A DNA stretch of 64,000 nucleotides, from assembly GCF_001194135.2 (NCBI RefSeq), contig NC_068990.1:73818072-73882071 (forward strand), in the 5' to 3' direction. Of the stretch, positions 28,253-41,562 are shown piece after piece. This stretch comes from Octopus bimaculoides. Its lineage: Eukaryota. The position numbers and the translations under genes were made by a program. How positions within the stretch are numbered: the stretch's first letter is position 1; each line of letters opens with the position of its first letter. The notes beneath the pieces are model-generated. The model was not told the origin of the DNA. It saw only the letters and a list, made by a program, of their open reading frames with translations, and ran no database searches.

Positions 28253-28304
<52 letters not shown>

Positions 28305-28778
28305 NNNNNNNNNNNNNNNNNNNNNNNNNNNNNNNNNNNNNNNNNNNNNNNNNNNNNNNNNNNNNNNNNNNNNNNNNNNNNNNNNNNNNNNNNNNNNNNN
28401 NNNNNNNNNNNNNNNNNNNNNNNNNNNNNNNNNNNNNNNNNNNNNNNNNNNNNNNNNNNNNNNNNNNNNNNNNNNNNNNNNNNNNNNNNNNNNNNNNNNN
28501 NNNNNNNNNNNNNNNNNNNNNNNNNNNNNNNNNNNNNNNNNNNNNNNNNNNNNNNNNNNNNNNNNNNNNNNNNNNNNNNNNNNNNNNNNNNNNNNNNNNN
28601 NNNNNNNNNNNNNNNNNNNNNNNNNNNNNNNNNNNNNNNNNNNNNNNNNNNNNNNNNNNNNNNNNNNNNNNNNNNNNNNNNNNNNNNNNNNNNNNNNNNN
28701 NNNNNNNNNNNNNNNNNNNNNNNNNNNNNNNNNNNNNNNNNNNNNNNNNNNNNNNNNNNNNNNNNNNNNNNNNNNNNN

Positions 28779-28820
<42 letters not shown>

Positions 28821-29419
28821 AACTAAAGCACAGAACATTTTTTTTATCATATCTATTGTTATACACCTTTGTTTAAAATCCCTACACAAATATAATTTGA
28901 TAAATGCATAAGGTTTGAAAATTTAACCACTATATCACAGTGGTAGGGTAAAAATGATATATATATTTTTCTTAAACTAATTTATTTCTTCTTTATTTTC
29001 TAAGTGTATTCTAATCTCAGGCTGGTTGTCCTTAATTGAGAAGACTTGTATTTAGAAACGTTCCATCCACGATTGTTTCGTCTTTTTCAGTAGATCAGAA
29101 ACAATTTCGTCTGAAGTAATCTTTAGTTTTCTAAAGACAGTAGAGAGAGATTTGACTGATATTTATAGAAGATCGAGTGACAAGCATAGATAAAGCTTCA
29201 GCCTTTGAGTTGTAAGTCAGATTTATTACTGTCCAGATGTGAAGTTAATGAATCTATGCGATTACCAGACTGCAAGCTCAGTAGCTCTTGAGTTCAAATC
29301 TGAAGCAGATATATTAATTTTACTGTTGTACATTTATGAATGTAAGCAAAATACAGTATTGCAGAAAATAAAAATGAAAGTATCTGCGTACATTTCAAAA
29401 TGAATACAATAAAAATTAA

Positions 29420-29562
29420 CATATTTCCTTCATGATTTTTAGTTCATAACTCCTTCTGCATGTATGTTTCAGACTTTTATTGTTGAAGCAAAATAAGACA
29501 GAAATGCATCTGAACTTGTCCCCCATATATTTTAAGAAAGGTAAAATGATATTAGTTCTTAA
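29420..29562 (-). repeat. Left arm of a ~135-bp inverted repeat
   Basis: Reverse complement matches 32963-33096 with 6 mismatches and one 9-nt indel by manual alignment. Confidence 0.9.
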
Positions 29563-30454
29563 TACACGATATATGAGACCCTTTGTAAGCTGCACCTCAA
29601 GATGAGTTGAGAGGTACCCTTTCGTGTTCACATGGTTCCTATTATCACAAAGTTAATGCTTCTAAGAAACTTGTTCTATGTTGAGCACTTTAAGAAATAT
29701 TCACAAGCCTGAAAAATGAATTTTAACTTGAGAGATATAAAGTTTCATTCTTTGGTATTTGTTCTGCCTAGTCAGTTTACATGAAAGCTATATGCAAAAA
29801 GGCTACGAAATTCTTAATTCTTTGGGTCACCTAATGAAGTGTAGTTGCATAGCAAATAAATTTATCTTTGAAAAAGAATTGCAAAACTTTTAGGAAGAAC
29901 TAACTATATTTTCATTAATGTGGTATGCTTAATCTTTTACTTATTTCATTCACTGGACTGTAGCCAATCTGGTACCCTACCTTGGAGGGTTTAGTTGAAA
30001 AAAATTACCCCAGTACTTATTTTTTTAAAGCTTAGTACTTATTTTACCGATCTCTTTGAAAACTGTATGTTATGGGGGCGTAAACAAACCATCACCTATT
30101 GGGGAGACAAACACAAAAAAAACAGTGTCTAACAAAGAAACTGTAAGTGATAGTGTACGCGTGTTTCAGAAAACCGATCACCTTAAAATTGCATGAGACT
30201 AAAGTATTTGTTATCCAAGATAATGTTGCTGGCTCCTTTGTCAGGACTATTGACAAAAATATAAAGAAAGATGCAGGCCCTTGAATACAGCGATAATTAA
30301 ATGAGAAGAGTTAAGCTATCGTATAAAAAGAGAATAAAGGGAAAAAGAAGTCAGAGGGTAAAAGATCACGAGGGAGGTGTATAATAAAATGGTGGAAAGC
30401 CAACAAGGTCACACCTCACTCAGTGCATATGATAATAATAATAATTCTTTCTAC

Positions 30455-30660
30455 TATAGGCACAAGGCCTGAAACTTGGGGGAGGGGGATAGTCGATTAT
30501 ATTGACTCCAGTATTCAACTGGTATCAAATTTATCAACCCCAATACAATGAAAGGCAAAGTCGACCTCGGCCGAATTTGAACTCAGAACGTAAGGATGGA
30601 CAAAATGCCACTAAGCATTTCGCCTGGTGTGCTAATGATTCTGCCAGCTTGCTGCCTTAA
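30455..30660 (-). mobile_element. SINE family B
   Basis: ggcaaagtcgacctcggccgaatttgaactcagaacg...ctgccagct. Confidence 0.85.
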
Positions 30661-30981
30661 CAGTAATAATAATAATGATGATGATAATGATGATGATTTC
30701 TTTATCAATAACAAAAGGTTTACATTAAGTAAACATTAAGGACTGCACAGCACAAAACATTGCGCATGTATATCTGTGTGTGTGCATGTTGGTGTTTGGG
30801 CCTTGCATGCAAACGCATTTAACAATAATAAAACAAAAAGAGATAATAAAATTCTCATTAATAGCGAGAATTCATCAATAGAGAGGACATTTGAGGGCTA
30901 CTCATGGAAAGAAAAAATCCTTTAAAACCAGGAGTACTCTGACATCTGGGGCAAGTACCTTTTCTCTGTTTTTCTTTTTTT

Positions 30982-31942
30982 TATCAGGTCATCCTATAAG
31001 TTCTGTCCAAATTTTGGATAAAGAAAACAAGTGATCAAATGTTATATTTAATTGAAATTTAATCATCACTGTATTTTCCCTGATATCTATGACTTCCTTC
31101 CATCTATTTACAAGCTTTTTTATCCCATCAATGTAAAACTCTTTTGGTTTCAAAGCGAAGAATTCTGAAATGTCAGTTTTAACCTCCTCCTGGCTTGCGA
31201 AAGTTATGTCCTCCAAATGATTCTGTAAACTACGAAACAAATGGTAATTTGAAGGAGCAAGGTCGGGAGAATAAGGTGGATGAGGAATTTTTTCCCAACC
31301 AAACTCTTCGATCTTCTGTGATGTGATCTTTGCAGTGTGGGGTCGTGCATTGTCCTGTTGAAACATCNNNNNNNNNNNNNNNNNNNNNNNNNNNNNNNNN
31401 NNNNNNNNNNNNNNNNNNNNNNNNNNNNNNNNNNNNNNNNNNNNNNNNNNNNNNNNNNNNNNNNNNNNNNNNNNNNNNNNNNNNNNNNNNNNNNNNNNNN
31501 NNNNNNNNNNNNNNNNNNNNNNNNNNNNNNNNNNNNNNNNNNNNNNNNNNNNNCCATTTTTCATCACCAGTCACAAGTCTATCGAAAAATGGGTGAAATG
31601 AGTTCGCGAGAATGGAGAGAAGAGCAGATGTCAACTCAGGATTTGCGGTTGCATTCAAACAGTTCATGAGGCATGCATTTTCCAAGTTTAGGAAACTTTC
31701 CAAGTTGTTGAAGATGACAATAAACGGTTGTATGATTTGAACTAAGCTTTAGTGCCAATGTTTCAACTGATAATGCAGGATTTTCTTCAAGAAATGCCTC
31801 AAGGAGCTTATCATCAAACTCAACTGGACGTCCTGTTCGATCTTCATCTTCTAGGACGAAATCTCTACTTCTGAATTTTGAAAACCATCTTCTGCAAGTT
31901 CTTTCATTCAAGCATTCTTTCCCATAAACTGAATGTATGTTT
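30982..31942 (-). pseudogene. Mariner (DD34D) element with one TIR, 5'-truncated, spanning a gap
   Basis: NERTCRRWFSKF, GRPVEFD, CMPHEL, LVTGDEKW, QQDNARPHTA, HPPYSPDLAPSNYHLF (third D changed to N); TA followed by TCAGGTCATCCTATAAG TIR at 30982. Confidence 0.92.
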
Positions 31943-31944
31943 CG

Positions 31945-32950
31945 AGCCTTCCTGACTGAATTGAGGATATCAAAGCAGGGTGCACATTATTTTGTTTGGC
32001 AGTCTTTTCTTCAGCTGTATAATACTTTGAATGAAAGTAGTTCAGCGTGGCATCAGGCGGTAAGAGAAATCCCTGGTTAACAAGGACGTTTAAGATGCCA
32101 TTCGAACAAAGAAGGAGGCTTACAAAGCTTGGTTTGGAAACAAGACTCCTCTTTTGCACAGGCGGTACATAAGTCACGAATAGTTGCAACAGAAACTATT
32201 TCCTAATTTTGTTTCATGACTTTATGAAATGGATTGATTTGCACAGTCACTATGGAAGTGGTATCACAATCAGTAAGTGCAGAGTCGGTTGGATGATATT
32301 TGCAGATGACATAGTGTTACTTGATTCATCAGAGGGTGATCTCCAGTGTAAACTCAATGGATTCATTGCTGAGCGCTGCAAACTAAGAATGAAAATTAGT
32401 GCTGCAAAGACTGAGACATTGTTCTTCTCAAGAAAGTCTTCTCAGTGTACTCTTTTGTTAGTAAAACATCACTGAGACAAGTGGAAAAATATTTCATGGC
32501 TGTATTTACGAATGATGGAAGGCAGGATGTTGATTTAGATGTTAGAATTCTTGGTACTGGCAGTGTAGTGCACCAGTTCCAGCTTTCGATCCTCAAAAGA
32601 AGAGAGGTTGGTAAAAAAGACAAACTTGCTATCTTCAATTCGGTTTTTGTGCCTATCCTCACCTATGTTCATGAATGTTGGGAGATGACTGAAAGAGGAT
32701 GACTGCAAATGCAAGCAGCTGAAATGGGGTTCCTTTGAGGGATCTCTAGAAAAACGTTATTTGGCAGGGAGCATAACTTGAAGATTAACAGGTTTCTACA
32801 GATCAAGCTGGTGCTTCTCCACATTTAGAGAGCACAGCTCCAATACAATTGATGTGCGATTAGAATGTCATAGGAATGAATAACAAGATAGATTCTTCAA
32901 GCTGAGCGAACTGAACTTAGGATCAGACTAAGAATGAGATAGTTAGATAA
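31945..32950 (+). pseudogene. RTE-clade LINE RT fragment, internally deleted
   Basis: DAIRTKKEAYKAW, FADDIVLL, MKISAAKTE, IFNSVFVPILTYVHECWEMTER, QAAEMGFL. Confidence 0.85.
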
Positions 32951-32962
32951 TACCTATATAAT

Positions 32963-33096
32963 TTAAGAACTAATATCATTTTCCGTTTCTTAAAAGACAA
33001 GTTCAGATGCATTTCTGTCTTATTTTGCTTCAACAATAAAAGTCTGAAACGTACATACAGAAGGAGTTATGAAATAAAAATCATGAATGAAATATG
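32963..33096 (+). repeat. Right arm of the ~135-bp inverted repeat
   Basis: Partner of 29420-29562. Confidence 0.9.
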
Positions 33097-33387
33097 TATG
33101 CTTTTATATTTGCGGAGGAAAATAGATTTATTTAGAAGTAAAATAATTTACAAACAGACACAAAGGATCCTATATCTTTTGTGGAGGGAGGTGTATAATG
33201 CTCAAAACTTCCCAAGAGTTACTAAAAGTGTAAACATGTTGCAATTACTTCATTTGGAATTTGAGCTCATGTCTGTATATTAACTTGCAAAGAGTTTGTC
33301 ACTTACATCATAACAGCTCTTGTCACCAATTTTATTCAGCATTGATAAACAAGTTTCTGATAAACAACCTTACAAAAATCAATAGTT

Positions 33388-33422
<35 letters not shown>

Positions 33423-34889
33423 TGATATGCATATAGATATATACACACGTGTGTGTTTATATATATGTATGTATATGTGTGTATGTGTGTGTATGCTCAT
33501 TTGACTATATATATATATATATGTGTGTGTGTGTGAGTGTCTGTGTCTGTACATATACCCCACCACACATATATACATATATATATATAAACACACACAC
33601 ACATACATATGAATGTATGAATTATATTTGCTTGTCTGTAATTAAATTAATCAACTGGTACATATTTATTATGTTATTTGGTTTCCAAATAGAAACTAAA
33701 GCACACAATTAAATCAAATTTATTTTAATATCACACACAAAAGAATTAATGGCAAAAAGCATATGATAAGAAAAATTAATTAAGCTCCCCCAACCTTTCA
33801 AAAATTATATATATAAAGTTTATAAAAACAAATCTATAGGTGGACAATGGTCAATTTCATCTAAAAATGCTTAAAGTCAATATTTAAATTTCGTAAGTTA
33901 ATAAATGTCAGTTTAGCAAGTAAAAACAAAAACAGAAACAAAAAATCCAGCATCTTTAATTTTAATTTTAAAATATATGAACAAAAAAAAAATGATATCT
34001 GTGTTGTAAAATATGAGTTAAATATTATACCTTATTAGCTATAAAATATGGACTATATCTTGTATCACTTGTCTGAAAAATATTTAATAAATTCAAATGC
34101 AAATTTTATACCAAAAATATGATTTAGTAATAAGTTTTAAATTTAGCTATTTTTGTTCTGTTTACATGTATTTATCAATGTTGAAATGGGAGGTGGTATT
34201 AATTCTGTTAGAGCAGCTGTTTGTTTTTAGAGCTGGATGCCCTTATTTCCTCTAAACATACTACTGTGAATTAGGAAGAGAATGAATTTTTATTCGATAG
34301 GCATAACAAGGATAAATAGATTTATGTTCCTTGCAAAGAAACTCATTCATAATATCTCTGTACAGACAGAACCATCTCTAGAGTTATTGGCTCCTCCAGG
34401 AAGCTGAATTTTAATGCCCTTAGAAATGTATTTTTTGAAAAATTTTTGCCAGAAATAAAACCTGTAAAAGTAGAAATGAAGTATTTATTGTAATTTATTA
34501 AATACAGGAATAAAGAGATCATTTTATTTATTATTTTGCTCTTTTACAATTATTTCAAACATACCGATCTCAAGACGAAGAATCTCTAAGTTAATGATGC
34601 TCCAGGTAACTGTCTTAGTTGCCAGCACCTTTGAGCTGGCTCTGATATCAACCAGTATACATTCATATACATTTAGTGATTCTCTCATCAGCACTTTGCC
34701 AATTATGGTAAAATTTCTACTTTGTTGATGAAGTAATTAGAAGGCATAAATATGTCTAGAGTTGTCTCCCATACTTACCAAAATAATTAAATTAATATTA
34801 GTTTAATTTTGTATTAATTTCTTCACGTAATCATTTCTAGTTTAGTATTCTAATATTTCCAGCATTTCCAGCTATGTGATTAGCTATTG

Positions 34890-34930
34890 TCACGGTAGAT
34901 CTGCAGGTATATAGCCGCTCTGGTTATGAC
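34890..34930 (-). CDS. Candidate last coding exon segment of an unidentified host gene
   Basis: Acceptor ttaattccttttcag|GTCATAACC. Reads GHNQSGYIPADLP* in phase 1 (coordinates given) or VITRAAIYLQIYRDNS* in phase 0. Splice-signal evidence only. Confidence 0.25.
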
Positions 34931-35725
34931 CTGAAAAGGAATTAAGCTCAACGCTTCAATCCAGCCAAACTGATATCAGTTTTGCAGTGCTATTACTTCA
35001 TCTGCAGCTGCTTGCTGTAATCATTTACATTAACTAACGCTGTTCACATACAGCCAAAGGGTATAATCATTGAAAATAAAGTTTCTTGATCAAGGACATA
35101 GTATTACATTGGAGATTGGCAACAGGATAATAACTGCTGAATATTAATGAACCAATAAAAGAGCCTTTACACAATCACTTGACCTGTTAGAATAACTGCT
35201 AAATCGCTTTCAAATCACATCTTACATTCTTAAACAGAAAATACATTGGGATAATTTAGTTTAAGATATATTTTGAAAGACAAGATGAGATGGAAATGGT
35301 TAGAACACCTTCCATCACAGGTCAGTTCAATCAGACAACCACTACAGTTACACTAAACTGTCTGGTACTCTAATTGAAAAATTTTACATTGAAAATCTTA
35401 GCAGTTGATTCATTCATGTCTGATACCATATTAACCTGTCCATATGTCACTGATATGGTTTACTCGATTATGAAAATATGATTTTAGAATCAATCATAAA
35501 ATTACCTTATCTTTCTCATTCAACAAAGTAAAAGTCAAAGAAGGAAACACACACATACACATATGCGCCCACACGCGCGAAACAAAAAAAAAAACATTAA
35601 AATATATCTTACTTTGAATTCTGAATCAGCACAAAAATATAAAATAAATTTGAAAATAGACATTTGAAAATATTTGAAAAGGTAAAAGAAAAGTAGTTTT
35701 CCGGCTTTATAAGTCATATACTTAC

Positions 35726-35737
35726 CTGCATACTTAC
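35726..35737 (-). CDS. Candidate 12-nt microexon or recursive-splice exon GTAAGTATGCAG
   Basis: Minus strand: U-rich tract tttgttttgtttttgcttttgttttttgc, then atgattacag|GTAAGTATGCAG|gtaagtat. Confidence 0.45.
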
Positions 35738-36300
35738 CTGTAATCATAAAATTATATTTGCAAAAAACAAAAGCAAAAACAAAACAAATATTTAGATTTT
35801 ATAAATATGAATACATACATAATACTCAAAATATGATTTACTAAATACTCAAAGTAGGATTTATTTAATACTCAAAATATGATTTGTGAATCAGTCTTAA
35901 AAAGTATCTTAGTTCTTCTGTTCAAATATATCAAAACTTATTTAAGTTCTAATCCTGTTAAAAACAGGAAAAGTAAATGTAAATATTTTTTTTCTTTTCT
36001 TTACATTTGAAAATATCTTTAAATATGAAAAGAAAAATGGCATTTTAGTTTTATTACTAATATATTTGCCTGAAATTTTCACCTAAAAACAAGAAACAGT
36101 TCCACTCATGACAAAACCTATTACCTTCTTGCCTATAACACTTTTGCATAAAACCTACAGCTTTATAATTCTCTCTCTTGAATATTGTCCACAAATAGAA
36201 TGCCATCAATTCTCATAAAGTAGACTAATATTAAACTAGCTGAAAATTCTTTATTGACCAGTACTGTATAATAAATACATTATAAGATGTGTAATCTTAC

Positions 36301-36375
36301 ACAGATCTGCAAATATTGGTTTGTTATGTCAAAGCACCAAGGAAACATGTGCTTGTCAGGGTGTTGTTCAATTTC
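36301..36375 (-). CDS. Candidate 75-nt phase 0-0 exon EIEQHPDKHMFPWCFDITNQYLQIC
   Basis: gtatttttatag| acceptor, |gtaaga donor, only one open frame, more GC-rich than flanks; protein not recognised. Confidence 0.35.
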
Positions 36376-36687
36376 CTATAAAAATACATTAATAGACATT
36401 ATAATGCTACCATAAACAGTGAAAAATGGTAAAAGATAAAAATACTTCTACTTAGAAATCTCTGTATTCACAGATATATGTTTACATAAAATGCGTACAC
36501 ACACATTTACAATATATTCATGCATACATACATACACACGCACACATATATATGTATGTATATATATATATATATATCATCATCATCATGTATATATTCT
36601 CACACAATGTGTGTGGGGCAATCTATAATCCCATGCTCACACTTGTTACATATATATATATATTTACATATATATATATATATATTT

Positions 36688-36768
<81 letters not shown>

Positions 36769-37740
36769 TACATATACATACAAATATTTGTGTACTAAAA
36801 TTTCTCTCTCGCTTTCTCTAACTCTTCCCCTCTTTGTCTTTCTCTCTCTTTTTCTTTTCATGTCTCCACATGCACATATGCACACGCATACATATAAATG
36901 CACATACCTACATATGTATATCAACGTGTACATACATCAATGCATACATACATACATCGATACATCAACATGTATTTCCTAAGAATACTTTTCACAATAT
37001 ACAACTGGTAGTGAATGCTCGTTATGGAATAAATGTAGACATTTCCATTTATTACCATTTACAAATATTTTCAATGTTTTCTTTAACATAACATCTAACT
37101 TGATGGGAAATTTGTCCATTGAGTAGAGAAACAGTTGTTATTCGACGGACACATTTTAATCCTCCTCCCATAACACCTTCATATCCATTCCACATCCATT
37201 CCACAAACAGCTCTCGTTAAACTATCATAAATGTCTGCATTCACTTCCCACTGAAATCTTGTGTTTATTGCAGCAGATTTTGGCATGAAGATTGGGGGTG
37301 GTGAAGAAATTGTTAAAATGAAAAATTTCAAATTACAAATGCAAGCATTAAATTCGAACATGAAATATTGGCTGATATATGAGCCCATTTCACAAATGAC
37401 GAGATATTGAGTTTTGAACATTGAAAAGAATATTTCTCCAAAGAGAAGAATAAATTCCTCCTCATAAAAGAATATCTACCAATACATTTTTTTTTTTATT
37501 TTGATATTTATTTACGTATTTTACCATCTTTATGCGGAGACAGATGGGCAATGATTATTATTATTGAATAAATCTTAAAGAATATTTAATGTTGCATTTC
37601 ACTTCGTATTTTGCTGCATCCTTCTACAACCAGTTGTTTGTAGGAATAGTAAATGTAGTGATTTAAAATTTGAAATATTTCATTCAATTAGGATTGATGA
37701 GATAAGTAAGTACCAGCAATATACTTTTATCAATTCAATA

Positions 37741-37798
<58 letters not shown>

Positions 37799-38204
37799 TT
37801 TTCCCGATAAACTAGTGCAATGATGAGGCAATGACAAGAAAACCTGTTACATGGTTTCTCAACCACCTAGAAAAAGCAGCCAAGTCTCCTTTGAATCAAT
37901 TCTGAGTATCAAAACAAAATGAACATAAAGGATAATATAGTTCTTAGTACATAATGCATGATATTTAAGAATGGATGAAATAAGAACTGGATAATGTGCG
38001 TGTGTCTGTGTGTGTGTCTGTGTGTGTGTGGTTAATGCAAACAATAGGTATGGAGAAAAAGAAAAGCAGAGGCAATGTTATAAGATTTAAGAGCAAAAGA
38101 ACTTGCTCAAGATGCTATGGAGTGGGACTGAACCTGAAACTATGTGGTTGGGAAATAAACTACTTACCACACAGACTGCTGTTAATACTTTGCTTAAAAT
38201 TAAG

Positions 38205-38420
38205 GTGGTGAGCTGGCAGAATCATTACCACACCTGGCTAAATGCTAAATGGCATTTTATCTGTCTTTATGTCTCAAGTTAGAATTTCACTGAGGTAGAC
38301 TTTGCCTTTTATCCTTTCAGAGTCAATAAAAAAGGATCAGTTGAAAAATTCTGGTTGCTGTAATTGACTTGCTCCCTCTCCTAAAATTGCTGGCCTTGTG
38401 CCAAAATTTGAAATCAATAT
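38205..38420 (+). mobile_element. SINE family B
   Basis: ggtgagctggcagaatc...gactttgcctttt...ggccttgtgccaaaatttg. Confidence 0.8.
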
Positions 38421-38439
38421 TTTGCTTAAAGTGTTGCAT

Positions 38440-39150
38440 GTCGACATCAGCAAGAAAGACACGAACAGAACCGAGATTCCAGTGGAGTAGTATTCTGGGG
38501 AGAAAGGACTGAATACTGAATGTAATGGTTAGTGAGGAATGTGTATAAGAGGGATGAACGAAAGTTGGACGAGTGTGTCAAGAGTGCCAGAATAAACAAA
38601 CTCACAACTGACCAAATCTGAGAAACAGAGGCCATTAGAATAGCAGTATAGGAGCTAGTGTGGCCAAAAGCTGGAGCTTTTTTAGTGAGAATAAGAAGGA
38701 GCATAAATAAAAAGTATGATACTGCGTGAATTGAGTCATGGATATTGAATGTTTAAGAATGGAGATGGATAGAAAGAAATGTGTGTTTGTTTGTGTATAA
38801 TTCATAGCATGCATGACATTCAGTTGGAAGAAAGGCAGAGTAAAAGTGAGTAGGTCGCCATTAAATATATCGGTTAATGTATGCATAGGAGATGATTGTC
38901 GTGGTATAGACATGTAATGTAAATAGACAAGGCTAGGTGAGAAGAGGAAGTGAGTTGTTATTGAAAGACATACACATGGCAGAGGAATGCTTCTGAAGAC
39001 AAAGAGATGAGGTCACGATAGAAAATGCTGTCACTTATACACAAAAGGACAAAAGATGGAGACACATGGCAATTGGATGCTGTATAACAGATATGTTTAA
39101 TCTATGCCAGTATAGGTAAATAGACATGATGATGATGATGATGATGACAG
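38440..39150 (+). pseudogene. Heavily decayed RTE 3' end with (GAT)n tail
   Basis: Remnant LSWYRHVM (for LxWYGHVMR) and MDRK-like block; ends in gatgatg. Confidence 0.45.
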
Positions 39151-39560
39151 TGATGGCTATGCTATTGATAACGATATTGAAGATGCTGCTGCTGCTGATA
39201 ATGATAACGATGATATTATGGTTGTTGATGTTGATGATAATGAAGATAATGATGAAGAGGAAGATGAAGATAATGATGAAGAGGAAGATGAAGATGATGA
39301 AGAAAAGGAAGGTAAGGAGAAGGATAGTGATGGTGGAAATTAGTGGTGGAATTGATGGTGGTGGTGGTGGTGGTGGTGATTGTGGTGGTGGTGGTTGTGG
39401 TGGTGGTGGTGGTTGTGGTGGTGGTGGTGGTGGTATTAGAGAAATTTTTGATGAGGATGGTAATCACAATGATGATAACATTAATATGATCATGATCATG
39501 AAGATGAAAGGAGTTTAATGGGGATGATGATGATGATGATGACGACGACGACGATGACAA
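39125..39560. repeat. Mosaic trinucleotide low-complexity tract (GAT/GAA/GGT)
   Basis: Direct reading; similar tracts at 40590-40960 and 57090-57490. Confidence 0.95.
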
Positions 39561-40137
39561 TGATTCTAAGACACTCACACACATGGCTAATTTCTACTTT
39601 GACATATGCAGATCCTAAAATATTCCTTTCTCATTGTCTCATTGCTTAGTCTCAAATCTATTCCCACCGTATGACACCTTGGGTAAGTGACTTCTACTAT
39701 AGCCCTGGGCCTACAAATACCTTGTGAATAGATTTGTAGTTCTATTTTTTTAAAGCTTAGAACTTATTCTATCAGTCTCTCTTGCTGAACCTTTAAGTTA
39801 CAGAGACATGAACCATCCAACACTTGTCATCAAGCAATGGTAGGAGACAAACACAAATGCAAAGATGTACACATGTGTGCACACATACATATGTGTGTGT
39901 GCGGATGGGCTTCTTCAAATTTCCATCTCCCAAATATTCAAATCCTCTCAAAAGGTTTTGCTCAGCTCAGGGTTATAGTAGAAGACTCTTGCCTAAAATG
40001 CCACTCAGTGGAACTGAGTGGAATCTCAAGAATTTAGAAGCTTCAAGAGAGTGTGAAACAGTTCATTTTCTTTTCCTGTTTTTTCTTTTTTTTTTTTTTG
40101 AATAGTGAATATCAAAGCAGATAAAATAATAGTACAT

Positions 40138-40250
40138 ATCATCATCATCGTTTAACATCTGCTTTCCATGCTGGCATGGATTGGACGCTTTGACTGAGAA
40201 CTGGTGAACCAGATGGCTACACCAGGCTCCAATCTGATCCAATATTTCAA
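40138..40250 (-). mobile_element. Family C repeat (RTE-type 3' tail) fragment
   Basis: (cat)n-cgtttaacatctgctttccatgctggcatgg; also at 21018, 45290, 49535, 61090, 62590 and 63132. Confidence 0.8.
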
Positions 40251-41525
40251 GAGGTGGGCCGCATGAGACATGATTCATCATTAGGTGAGCTGCACAACTA
40301 AAAATACTGAACGTACTTTCAATAAATGTTATTTTCCTTTAGAACTTAGGTGTGCATTTCAAAAGGTTTTGCAGACCACACAATGCCCATGACTCTTCCG
40401 AACACAATTATTATAGTACCCAAGTTATGTATTTTTGGCTAGTTAACTAAACATTGAAAATATTTCCTTCGTTCCTTTCTTCATTTATTCATTCATTCCT
40501 TCATTCATTCTGCCTTTCCACAAATCTGGTTCCACCAGTTATTCAATGGTAACTAAACTTGCTCCAGTGTTTAGATTTACATTTCGATCAAACACAACCA
40601 CTACCCCCATCCCCACCACCACCACCGCCGCCACTACCACCACCGCCACTATTACCACCATCACTATTACCACCACTATTACCACCATCATTAACGTCCC
40701 CACCCAAGACTGTTGTGATCAATATCATCACCATTTGCAATCATCGTCATTTGCGATCACCGCCATTGTTCGCCATCTTATCCTTCTCCTCTCCCATCTC
40801 TTCCTTCATGTCCCCTTCTTCCTCATCATCATTCATCAACATCAACATCATCATCATCATCGTCGTCATCATCATCTTCAGTAGTAGCTGCATCATCATC
40901 TTTACCATTGTAAATCACTGTTATCATCGACATTATTGCATTACTACATACACACCACTTCAAAACATTTAATCCTATAATCTTGATGAAATTACTTCAA
41001 CGGTTATTATTGAAATTAATTCCTACTTAGTGTGGGTTTTGAAGGCCCCAGTAGACTCCTACTATTATTTAGCAGTGCATATAAATCTCCAATTAGCATT
41101 TACTTTCAAGAAAAACAAAACAAAATATGAAGCAATTATCAAATAAATAGATAAATATATAAATAAATAAATTCCGGAAAGCCAAGAAAAAAAATAAAAC
41201 ATTTATGCTATTATTTCATCAGTGGAATCGTTGTTTCAATAAATTCTTAAATTCCTACAAATTACCTTTTCCTTTTGTGTAAAGAAAAAGAAGAAAAGGT
41301 TAAAAAAAAACAAGAAAATTTTAAAAAAATTCTCGTTTTCTTTTGAGCAGTTTTTTAATGAATTCTCCATATTTGCAAGCACAATGGTTGCTTAGATATC
41401 AACAATCGGTATAACATGTGTGTGCGCGCATGCATGTGTGTGTGAGTGTGTGTGAGTACATATGTAGTATATATGTATATGTGCATGTATATAAATGTTT
41501 GTATTTATATATGTGTGTGTGTATT

Positions 41526-41562
<37 letters not shown>

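Noticed and set aside
35720-35741. U1 snRNA 5' end on the plus strand
   Set aside because: It does not continue as GCAGGGGAGA; better read as donor sites on the minus strand.
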